DNA of 64,000 nt, from positions 9,300,001 to 9,364,000 of the forward strand of contig NC_090363.1 in NCBI RefSeq assembly GCF_035084215.1, given 5' to 3'. Made by a program: the position numbers and the translations under genes. This document shows, one piece after another, positions 37,886-48,359 of this stretch. The notes below the pieces were generated by a model. It was not told where the DNA came from and did no database searches. It worked only from the letters and a program-made list of their open reading frames with translations. Source of the stretch: Heptranchias perlo. Taxonomy: Eukaryota. Position 1 is the stretch's first letter, and every line of letters starts with the position of its first letter.

Positions 37886-38416
37886 AAATTGAAATATATT
37901 ACAGATGGTACAGCATTTAAAGAGGAACAGAACAAGGGAATGGGGAGAAAGTGCACAACCACACACAGGGAAATAAACAGAATGACCTGTAAAGTGATGG
38001 GTGATTTTGGCAGGAGACAAAAGGAGGTGTAATTAGAGAAATAAAAGCCATTCACAAGGCAGACTGGTTGTTGTTGAGTTTGTGCGATAGTGTAAAAAGG
38101 GTTATAGTGAGTCGGTGGCCCGCTTTACATCACTCCCGATTGACTTCAATGATAATAAAAATGGGGAGATATATAAAGGGACTGCTGACTCTCCAGCTCA
38201 CTGTTGCACAAAGTCAAGATCTACCCCTCTATGTCTTTGATTTCATTCATTCTGCTTCCTTTTGTCTCCTGCCTGTATCAGTTCTGCCATTAAACCATCT
38301 CCTGTTCCCCGCCTAAAGGTTTTACCGGTTTTATTTTTCCTGTATGTGGGTTATTGTCCGTTCCCCTCCCACTTTCCCTTGTTCTGTTCCTTTTTAATTG
38401 CTGTTCCATCTGTAAC

Positions 38417-39149
38417 GGGCCAGAATTTACTGTCAAAATATCGGTGAGGCTAACAGCACTCACTGCTATTTATGCACACATCGCACAGCAACTTCAGGCG
38501 AGGGGCAGATGCGTGGTTAAACGCGGAAATCCAGAAGTTGCTGTCTGAGATGTTTCTCGCTGTCTGACTCACCGTTTGAATCCATCGAACAGAGTGAGGT
38601 TCCTGTACTTGCATGGGAGATACAAACTAAACTCACAGAAAGTTAGGGCTCGTCTGTTTCAGTCTATTTCAGTCTCTTTTTAACGGCGTGGTAAGTCTTA
38701 ATTACTGCCAAACAACCTCTACCACTGAAAATTAACTCTTACAAGCGTGGAGTCTCATTCCTTCAACTTTTAATTGTTGGAGATCTAAAAGAAACAAATA
38801 TTTAAATTAACTTTTTAAAAAACTTTTTCTTTGTCTCTTTTTCTCTCTCTCTTTTAATCCATTTTTTTCCCCCTCTCTTTATTTCTGTGCCTGGTTTTGA
38901 TATTGAATTCACTGTTCTAACTTACACTTCAGACTCTGTGCTGTTCATTAACAGGCCTTCAATCTGATTGATTAAGGAGATACACAGTTGCTTGCCCTGT
39001 TCACACAGGTCCCAGATGCCCTGTAGAGGGCACCTCGCCTTTGCCATCTGGCATCTACAGCAACTCGCTGTGCAAAAGCTCATGGAAATTAATCGGGCGA
39101 AGGGAAGGCAGGCTCTGTTCCTTCACCGGCTTACAGTAAATTCTGGCCG
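38417..39149 (+). mobile_element. Non-autonomous Harbinger-like element, about 730 bp
   Basis: TIRs GGGCCAGAATTTACTG / CAGTAAATTCTGGCCG; flanks AAC/AAT. Confidence 0.8.
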
Positions 39150-39330
39150 AATATCTCCCTAAGGAATATCTGAAACGTCGACTGATTTTCGATATCTCCA
39201 CAGCCGCTGCCTGGGTGTCTCAGTCCTTCTCTGTTTTTTTCTTTCGGAAACGTCGGGTGACTTACTGATGGGAGAACATTGCATTATGTGATTACAAACT
39301 CATTTAACTTTTGTTTCTGTTTTGTTGCAG

Positions 39331-39729
39331 CCTCTGGAAGCCGAGTTACTGTGAGAGTCGATCAGAGTGAAGTGAATGGGACCGTGAACCAGTCTGTCCT
39401 CCTCCCCGTCTCCTACTCCTACTCCACGCTCACACTAAAATACTCCATTTTAACGATAAAGTGGTTTTTATTCCCCAGCGATACCCCATGCGCGACACTG
39501 ACCCGATTAAACTGCTCTCTAACCCCTGACAAATCCGGTTATAACTGTTCAGATCACCAGCAAGACGGTCCTGCCTACAAGCACCGAGTCCACATCTACC
39601 CGGAGAATGGATCTTTATTGCTGCGGGATTTGCAGTCCAATGACAGCGGCGTGTATGTGATATCTGTTTCTCGCGGTGGGGAAACGGCCAGTGAAGGAAA
39701 TGTGACATTAACAGTCTATCCAGAGACAG
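39331..39729 (+). CDS. Exon 2: IgV-like N domain without canonical cysteines
   Basis: Acceptor tttgttgcag|, donor G|gtagga, phase 1-1, 399 nt. Translation ASGSRVTVRVDQSEVNGTVNQSVLLPVSY...IKW...YKHRVHIYPENGSLLLRDLQSNDSGVYVISV...GNVTLTVYPET shows V-set hallmarks (C-strand W, NGSLLL, DSGxY, TLTV). Confidence 0.93.
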
Positions 39730-40136
39730 GTAGGAATTCACAGTCTGTCTATTTCACCCACGGGATACGTGGTACAATTATTTCAACGTGTAACTATCAG
39801 TATTGGGAAATGGGGTGGAAATTGGACGTGGCCGGGGACTTAAAACAGAAGGAATCGCGTTTGCCGATATTCAGTGATTCAGACAATAGGACTGAATATC
39901 GCGCGGTGCTTGTTACTGGCGACCGATGAGTTACCGCCTGTTTCGCTTCCCGGCCCGCGCCCAATTTCACCCCTATCGTGTTTATTTAATCGAATTGACC
40001 CCAATTTTCCAGGGTTTAACTATAAGTAATTCTACATTCGCGCCTGATAACCATGTCATTGCTGATAGGTTTACCGTTAAACCCTGGTCCTTTTGGCCCC
40101 AGATATTAGAATAATCCAAGTGTTTTTTTTTTGCAG

Positions 40137-40301
40137 CCAGTGAGTATTCTACTACCCCAAGTGTTTCAGGGTCAGCGGAAAACAGCACAACGGGCCCAGA
40201 CAAGTGGGAGAACACCCTGTATATCAATGTGTCCACTGCCGTGTGCCTCCTCATTATCATCATCACCTGCTTGTGCCTGTTGGTGATCAGGACACACAGA
40301 G
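40137..40301 (+). CDS. Exon 3: Ser/Thr stalk plus transmembrane helix
   Basis: Acceptor tttttttgcag|, donor G|gtaagt, phase 1-1, 165 nt. Encodes ASEYSTTPSVSGSAENSTTGPDKWENTLYINVSTAVCLLIIIITCLCLLVIRTHR (hydrophobic helix followed by basic stop-transfer residues). Confidence 0.92.
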
Positions 40302-40499
40302 GTAAGTGGCTGCTCTTGGTAATTAGAAGTTGCAACAGTTACAACAATTAGAAGTTACAACAAAAGTCCCTCTCCTGGCTCTGGTTAGTTTAATAGGGGC
40401 TAATTTTAACTTTGGTTGATGGTCTAAAATGGGCAATATCGATTTGGCCGTCTGTTATACCTACCCCGCCCAATTTTCACTGCTATTGAGTTGAATGGA

Positions 40500-41612
40500 A
40501 AAAGTGCAAACCCATCGTGCCCAGTAGTGTAAATCAATAGTTCACATCCAGCAGTCGTGCAAATCAGTGGTTCATGTCTATTTTAGAAGGGTTAAGATCT
40601 CCCCTAAACTAACAGATAGAAGACTATCTTACCAATGCCCTAAGTGTTCATTCGCCTAACATCTCAAAGGCTTCCCCTTCATTTCTTTAAGACTCACTCC
40701 CTCTACCTACAAGCCTGAGCTACAGCCCATCGATCTATCATTAAAATATCAGCTCACAGGGAAGGATATCAGCCAGGGGCCACTGGTGAAATGAGAGAGG
40801 CCACGTACTGCGCCAGGAGCGAATGCCCCACGGCAATCTGTTCACGTGTATTTGCTCCGGGCGGGAGCATGTAATGGGTGGCTAATTTGATATCGCCGGT
40901 TATCGTTATTGCTGGTTTTACACGATCGCCCACAGTTGAAATTACAACCTATAGTCAGAATGCCACAGAATGAACCAACTGGCGAGCGGCCATTCAGAGA
41001 TTGTGTTCAGCCCGTGGGGTGGGGAGTGAGTGTCGTTCAGTTTCTTCACGGCCCCGATCCTCCTCCCCGTCCTTCACTCCAACTTTAGATGATCATCTGG
41101 TATACGGTTGCTCTGGATGCCCTTGGTCTCCCTTCTCCCCATTGGTCCTGAGTGTTTCCAGGCAGGGTAGAGGGCTTCCCTTCCAAAATGCCGCCTATAA
41201 GGAATGGGGGGGGGGGAGGGTCAGGGTGATGGTCCGAGAGTGGATCGCTGTTGAACGGAGAATGCCCAGAGCTGATTGCCGTGGGGCTTTCGCTCCTGGC
41301 GCACTACATGGGCTCTCTCATTTCACCAGTGGCCCCTGGCTAATATCCTTCACTGTGAGCTGATATTTTAATGATAGATCGATGGGCTGTAGCTCGGGCT
41401 TGTAGGTAGAGGGAGTGAGTCTTAAAGAAATGAAGGGGAAGCCTTTGGGATGTTGGGCGAATGAACACTTAGGGCATTGGTAAGATAGTCTTCTATCTGT
41501 TAGTTTAGGGGAGATCTTAACTCTTCTAAAATAGACATGAACCATTGATTTGCACGACTACTGGATGTGAACTATTGATTTACACTACTGGGCATGATGG
41601 GTTTGCACTTTT
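40500..41612. repeat. 339-bp inverted repeat (arms 40500-40838 and 41274-41612, 435-bp spacer)
   Basis: The arms are reverse complements of equal length, with only scattered substitutions by eye. Confidence 0.95.
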
Positions 41613-41899
41613 ACAAGTTGTGTTACACTGCTACTGAAAATGATGGTGCAGAAGAATTACACCACCAAAGCTATTTGGTGGTGAACAGTAAGACACAATT
41701 ATGGCATTTCTGAATTAGTGCCAATTTTTGTGTGTGTTCAATTAAAATGTATGCTCAACAAATATTGGTAAATGAGGAACTGATTTTGTACCTAATTATG
41801 GAAATTCTTACAGTCTCACTTTGTTAGGTCGGACCGATTTTTAACCATTAACTGTCGGTGTAACCCCAGAGATTAGGGCTTGGTGCCTGTTGTAATTAT

Positions 41900-42205
41900 A
41901 GGGAATCAGGAACAAGGGAGCACAGTTTTAAAATTAGAGCTAGGCCATTTAAAAATGGAACCAAGAATCACTTTTTCACACAAGAGAGTGGAAGAAATCT
42001 GGAACTCTCTTCCCCAAAAGGCTGTGGATGCTGGGGGTCAATTGGAGCTTTCAAGACTGAGATCGATAGATTTTTGTTGGGTGAGGGTATCGAGGGATAT
42101 GGAGCAAAGGCGGGTAAATGGAGTTGAGGTGCAGATCAGCCATGATGTAATTGAAAGGCGGAACGGGCTCGAAGGGCTGAATGGCCTCCTCCTGTTCCTA
42201 TGTTA
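41900..42205 (+). mobile_element. CR1 3' end
   Basis: FSHKRVEEIWNSLPQKAVDAG; 3' UTR gggctgaatggcctcctcctgttcctatg. Confidence 0.88.
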
Positions 42206-42451
42206 CTAATTGATAACCAACCAATGCTATCCATGGCTGAAAGAAATTAAAATAAGTCCAATTACCGAATACAAAATTGGAACATACAGTGACCAATTAA
42301 AAAGTATTAACAGTGTCACACTGCAGGTGTGGCTGTCTGTTTCTGCCATCTCTTTATATAGGAGTGTCTTTATCACGTTGTAAATATCTTTTAAGTTTAA
42401 TCATACATGCGATGCAAGAAATTGTGTTCCTGTCTGAATGTTTTAATTCAG

Positions 42452-42531
42452 GTCGTCATCCACCCCGTGATTCAGTCGTCACAGAAACACCGTCTGCTCA
42501 GCCTGAAGGAACGAGGCAAGCCTTGGCTGAG
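42452..42531 (+). CDS. Exon 4: membrane-proximal cytoplasmic exon
   Basis: Acceptor ttttaattcag|, donor GAG|gtacga, 80 nt, phase 1 to 0. Encodes GRHPPRDSVVTETPSAQPEGTRQALAE and is required to bring exon 5 into the ITIM-encoding frame. Confidence 0.75.
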
Positions 42532-42635
42532 GTACGAGGGGAGTGGGTTAGCAGGGCTCGCGATTCTTTTCAAAAAAATAAGCACTATCAATTTTCACAA
42601 ATGTGATTCTTCCTCCCCGGGGCCTGATTCTCCGA

Positions 42636-42880
42636 GGGGGCGATTTTAACCCCCAAGAACGGGTGGGTTGGGGGCGGGTGGGAGTTGAAAATAATTGTTT
42701 TTTTTGGGTCGCAATTGCAAAATTTTCAAACTTTGCATTCCCAGTGGGAAGCCTGGACTTTTACCCACGACGTTAAACCCGGAAATAAAGCCGGGTTGTG
42801 GTTGCGATCCAAAAAACAACTATTTTCAACTCCCACCCGCCCCCCCAACCCACCTGTTCTTGGGGGTTAAAGTCACCCCC
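42636..42880 (+). mobile_element. MITE (12858 family)
   Basis: Full-length, long TIRs. Confidence 0.9.
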
Positions 42881-42999
42881 CTAATGTCTGACTTACTACA
42901 AAACAGTCCAGATAATATGAACAGATCCCAAAGCCTTTTTTCCCCCTGTTACCTGTACCAAGAGAATTCCCTGGTGAATTCCGAATTGAAATCTGGATG

Positions 43000-43365
43000 A
43001 GGGACTTCAGTGATGTGGAGAGACTAGAGAAGCTGGGAATGTAACCCCGCTATTCGAGAAAGGAGGGAGAGAGAAAACAGGGATCTACAGGCCAGTTAGC
43101 CTGACATCAGTCGACGGGAAAATGCTGGAATCCATTATTAAGGAAGTGGTAACAGGGCACTTAGAAAATCATAATATGATTAGGCAGAATCAACGTGGTT
43201 TTATGAAAGGGAAATCGTGTTTGACAAACCGATTAGAGTTTTTTGAGAATGTAACTAGCGGGGTAGATAAAGGGGAACCAGTGAATATAGTATATTTGGA
43301 TTTTCAAAAGGCATTCGATAAGGTGCCACGTAAAAGGTTGTTAAGCAAGATAAGGGCTCATGGGG
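43000..43365 (+). mobile_element. CR1 RT fragment
   Basis: QRGFMKGKSCLTNRLEFFENVTS.VDKGEPV.IVYLDFQKAFDKVP. Confidence 0.9.
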
Positions 43366-44219
43366 TGCTGTCTATATATATATAAATATAGCGAAACAAA
43401 GAATTATCAGTACAGTAGCCACTTTGCGGCTGATTGCCCATGGAAATGGCGAGGACAACTTGAACAAGTCGTAGCTTGGAGCATTGGGGTGGTGGGTCCT
43501 CTCTCATGGGCTTTTATTGGGAGTGCTGATCCAATATGTGAGAGGCAGATGCGACCTCACTTAGTACAGGTGAATTTGGAGTATGTCGTTGCAGGTTGCT
43601 TGTCACTTTACCGTCTCTTTTTCTTCTCTCCTGCACGGGCTGCCTCCAAAAGTCGCAACGGTTTTGGTGAATGATGATTCGGTTCCCTTATCCCATCTGC
43701 AGCGAGCTCCTCCCAGGATTCCGCATTGACGTCAAAACTTTTTAGGTTCCCTTATAATGATTGACCTGTCCCTCCAAGGGAATGTTTGTCCTATTTTAAC
43801 TGGGAGTAGAAGGGGGCACCAGGTTATCAGAGATCCTGAAGAGATAGCAAGACCGCTTCAACTGAGAGCAAATCAGCATGTCCTCAATCCCTGACAGGAC
43901 AGCTCCAGCCAGGACCTCACTGTTAGCAATCTTGTCTTGTCAGCTGAGGAGTGAGCAGGACAGTGGGATTGTTCTAGCAAAGAGCTGGCACAGGCGCAAT
44001 GGGCCGAATGGCCTCCTTCTGTTCCTATGTTCCTCCCGTGCGTAGACAGGCAAAAGCTGAGCCGTTTTGTACCCACTTGTCGGACAACTTTCCACATCAG
44101 AGCTTCTGAAAGATGAGACGTTAACTAAAACGGTAAACCTCCCTTTCCTCTTTTAGTTGCTGACTGACCCATTATGCATTTTCAACATTCTGTAAGCTTC
44201 CCTTTTCTGTTCCATACAG

Positions 44220-44366
44220 GGTCAGGAATTGGTCATCAATGGTGAGGTCACGTACTCATATCTGCATTGGTCTGGGCCCATAAACACACCAGCACCAGAA
44301 CCCGACACTAGCGAGGCACCGCCTATGAATATATATGCTTTTGTGCAGAAAGTGGAGCGAAAGTGA
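44220..44366 (+). CDS. Exon 5: terminal exon with ITIM (VTYSYL) and ITIM/ITSM-like (NIYAFV) motifs
   Basis: Acceptor ccttttctgttccatacag|, phase 0. Encodes GQELVINGEVTYSYLHWSGPINTPAPEPDTSEAPPMNIYAFVQKVERK*, with TGA at 44364-44366. Confidence 0.88.
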   Translation, partial: GQELVINGEVTYSYLHWSGPINTPAPEPDTSEAPPMNIYAFVQKVERK

Positions 44367-45049
44367 AGTGCCTGAGCTGAAGCATTCGACAGGGAACTGG
44401 ATCGACCTCCTGGTCCGGAAGGAAGAGGTGGACACCGGGTATCGAGGTGGGAGAAAGGCGAGAGCCCAGATGTGACGATCGGCCCCATTTGAACGGTTAG
44501 AGGCCGTGAAACCCGTGCACTTACACGGGGGCTGCAGTGAAAGGACACGTACCGCCCATGGGACACGCTGAGGTGCGATATAGCACCGGGCATGATCATG
44601 GGGTCCCGAGCCAGCCAGCGAGCGCCATTGGTTGGCTCCTCGGAATGTAGCCGTGGCGTCAGAGCCCCATCAGCTGCGAGTTCCTGACGTCCTTCAGAAT
44701 ATTGGGGGTGGATCTTGACTTTGCGCGATGGTGTAGAATGGGTGACAGAGAGTCGGCAGCCCATCTCACGTCACTCCCCATCTTTATTTCTATTGACTTT
44801 AAGATCTGCCCCTTGGAGCGCGCCAGAATCGCAGATTTAGCGGGTTCCAGATTTGGTCACACTTCTGTTTGAGAGGGGTGGGGAGGGGAGGGTGTGCAGG
44901 GGGGGGGGGGTCCACAATGGCTGTTTCCCAGCTCTCAGCGGCTGTGTTGAAGGCGCTTCTGGTTTTGTAAAAGTTTGAATCAACTTTATGACGTATTCTT
45001 TGTACAAAAGTTTACAGTCACTGCAGCCACAGAGGGAGAGTCGTAAAAA

Positions 45050-45770
45050 CATAAGAAATAGGAGCAGGAGTAGGCCATACGGCCCCTTGAGCCTGCTCCG
45101 TCATTCAATCTAATCATGGCTGATCTTCAACCTCAACTCCACTGTCCCGCCCGATCCCCATATTCCTTGATTCCCCTAGTCTAAAAATCTACCATCTCAG
45201 CCTTGAATATACTCGATGACTGAGCATCCACAGCCCTCTGGGGTAGAGAATTCCAAAGATTCACAACCCTCTGCGTGAAGAAATTCCCCCTCATCTCAGT
45301 CTTAAATGGCCGACCCCTTATCCTGAGAACATGCCCCCTTGTTCCAGACTTGCCTGCCAGAGGAAACAACTTCTCAGCATCTACCCTGTCAAGCCCCCTC
45401 AGAATCCTCTCATTCTTCTGAACTCCAGAGAGTATGGGCCCAATCTACTTAATCTCTCCTCATAGGACAACCCTCTCATCCCAGGAATCAATCTAGTGAA
45501 TCTTTGTTGCACCCCCCTCTAAGGCAAGTGTATCCTTCCTTAGATAAGGAGACCAAAACTGTACACAATACTCCAGGTGAGGTCTCACCAAAGCCCTGCA
45601 CAATAATAGCAAGACTTCCTTACTCTTGTACTCCAACCTCCTTGCAATAAAGGCCAACATACCATTTGCCTTCCTAATTGCTTGCTGTACCGGCATGCTA
45701 ATTTTTTGTGTCTTGTACCAGGATACCCAGATCTCTCTGAACACCAACATTTAATAGTTTCTCACCATTT
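45050..45770 (-). mobile_element. CR1 3' fragment
   Basis: KANGMLAFIARRLEYKSKEVLL..RALVRPHLEYCVQFWSPYLRKD; FFTQRVVNLWNSLP. Confidence 0.92.
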
Positions 45771-46949
45771 TTTTAAAAAAGTCTGTTTCATTCATTTGTT
45801 TTTGCTTTTGCAATTTCGGTCGTATTCAGTATCGATGGGGGTAATTTTAACTTTGGGCGATAGTGTAAAAAGGGCGATATTGGATCGGCTGCTTGTTCTC
45901 GCCCGAACTGACTTTCCATTGACTTCAGGAGCGACGGCCAATCCAACATTAGAGAAATTTAACCCTCCCACTCCACTGGGCTCTGGAGCAGGAGTTGGAT
46001 CTCAGAGCAAATGTGATTGAGTAAATGACCCTTCCTTATTCCTCCATTCTTGTGGAATTATAAAATATTGATCACCAGCACCAACTGTACTAATATTTTA
46101 CCTGATGATGATTACTTGATTGGATCTCTCTGTATTCTGTCTTGTGTCTGAATTGGCCCACTATTGTATGGAATAATGTATATAATAATGTAAAATCCAA
46201 CAGCAAATTCAGGAGAAACCTCTTTACCCAGAGAGTGGTTAGAGTGTGGAACTTGCTACCACAAGGAGTAGTTGAGGCAAATAGCACTGATGCATTTAAG
46301 GGGAAGCTAGATAAGCAGATGAGGGAGAAAGGAATAGAAGGATATACTGATAGGGTAAGATGAAGAGGGGTGGGAGGAGGCTCGTGTGGAGTATAGATGT
46401 GTTGGGCCGAATGGCCTGTTTCTATGCTGTAAAATTCTACGTAATATATCAGGGCTGGGTCTACGAGGATGTTTCCCTTCTGCTCCCTCCCTGCTACCCC
46501 CACCCCACCCTCCCCGCACCCATGTGAGGCTCATAACAAGGCTGAGAAGAAGCTTGGTAGATGCGTCAAGAACACAGACCGTGAAGATTAATTTTTCTTT
46601 AAAAGGAACCTATTTTGGTACGTGTCTGTGTGAGTCAGTGTTTGTTATTACCTTGTGTTACTGTAGAGCAGGAGAGTCCAACCCGTAAACACGGGATCTA
46701 TTGGAAATCCAGTCCATCCTACATTCCCGGGACAACCTGGAGGGTCTCCTGTCCATCCCAATCATCAACCGGTCCCTCTCCCAACCAAACCACCAGCACA
46801 TCCATCCCACATCACCAGCACTCCCTGCCTAAGAGACAGTTGGGAGTTATAGTTAAGGTCTTAGGGCAGTTTTCAGCTCTCTGCCCCTAATATTATCCCC
46901 TTCCCTTCGTTCGGTTCCATTTTTAAATGTTGTGCCCGTGTAATTTCTT

Positions 46950-47062
46950 ACAGTTCTGATGAGGACTCTACACCTGAAACATTAACTCCTCTGTTCGCCC
47001 CACAGGTGCAGACTGACGGCCCGAGCGTTTTCTGTTCTTGTTTCAGATTTCCAGCATTTGCC
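46950..47062 (+). mobile_element. Penelope-like pLTR remnant with a degenerate minimal hammerhead motif
   Basis: agttCTGATGAggactctacacctGAAAcattaact followed by ...cacaggtgcagactgac...gtttcagatttccagcattt. Reverse-complement copies at ~48897-49005 and ~51389-51493. Confidence 0.6.
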
Positions 47063-48359
47063 GTTTTTATTGCTTTCTGTTGATTTCCCGATCGTTTATT
47101 ACCCTGACAGTGTGCGGAACGGTGTCAAAAAGGGTTTCGTGCCCTGTGCTCCCTCTTTGTGACTGAGCACCTTTTGTCCTCGTGTGTTGCCCCAGGAAGC
47201 AGGCGTAGAGTTTAGATCCATATTCCCGTGGCTTTGACTCTGCCTCAAGCTGCTGAAACAATCCGATCTTTGTGTTCTGATTTCCACCGAAAGGACTAAA
47301 AACCAGGTCATCCTAAACCCCCAGGCCCACAATATTTACAGGAAAAGTGGCAAATGGCACTGGGTTCCCTGGGCTTCGAGGACTGGATTTCCAGGGGATC
47401 TCAGGTTGTAGGATGGACTGGATTACCAGGGGATCCTGGGCTGTAGGACGGACTGGATTACCAGGGGATCCTGGGCAGTAGGATGGATTGGTTAACCAGG
47501 GGATCCCAGAGTGTAGGATGGACTGGGTTATCAGGGGATCCTGGGCTGTACGATGGACTGGGTTACCAGGGGATCCCAGAGTGTAGGATGGACTGGATTA
47601 CTGCGGGGGGGGGGGGGGGAGATCCTGCGGCAGTCGGAAGGGCCGAATTTAAAGGGGTCCCATCCAAAGGAATGACATCAATACACAAATAGGTCTCTGT
47701 AACTCACCTAGTTTTTTTTTAAAAGCCTACCAAAATAATACATTGAAGATTAAATGATGTTTCTTTTTAAAAAAAAAATTAATCTCCCTGGTCCGAGTTC
47801 TTCAGGCATCTACCAAGCTTTTTTCTCAGCTTCATCATGAGCCTCACATGGGTGGGGGGGGAGGGGGGGAGGGATGAGGGAGGGAGCAGAAGGGAAACAT
47901 TCTCGTGGAGCTGGCCCTGATATATTACATAGAATTACATAGAATTTTACCTTACAGAAACAGGCCATTCGGCCCAACTGGCCTATGCCAGTGTTTATTC
48001 TCCACACGAGCCTCCTCCCAGGTTAAAATTAACCTCAAGGTTTTTTGAAAGACATTTTTCTGCAGTACAGCACGAGGAACTGGGAGCTTTCCCCAAATTG
48101 CCATCAGTTTTACTATTTAACTCTCAATTCTTCTCAATCAAATTGTGTTTAAGTATTTATTTGCCTCCAGTAATGGTGGTCTAAGAGTAACTGCAAATCC
48201 CCTCAAATCTCTGTCCCTCTCTCTCTCTGTCACCATCCTGCCCTCCAGATAGAATCTTCCTGGTTTGGCCCAATATTCCCAAATCACCCCTTCCCCTCCC
48301 CTGGAGTGAGAGGGCCCATTACTCTGCCTTCCCGTGGCCCAGCCCTTCAGTACTGGGAC

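Noticed and set aside
31509-44366. Naming the gene PDCD1, CEACAM1, HEPACAM or VSTM5
   Set aside because: PD-1 has the canonical disulfide; HEPACAM and typical CEACAM1 have IgC domains; VSTM5 lacks ITIMs. Orthology cannot be established without phylogeny and synteny.
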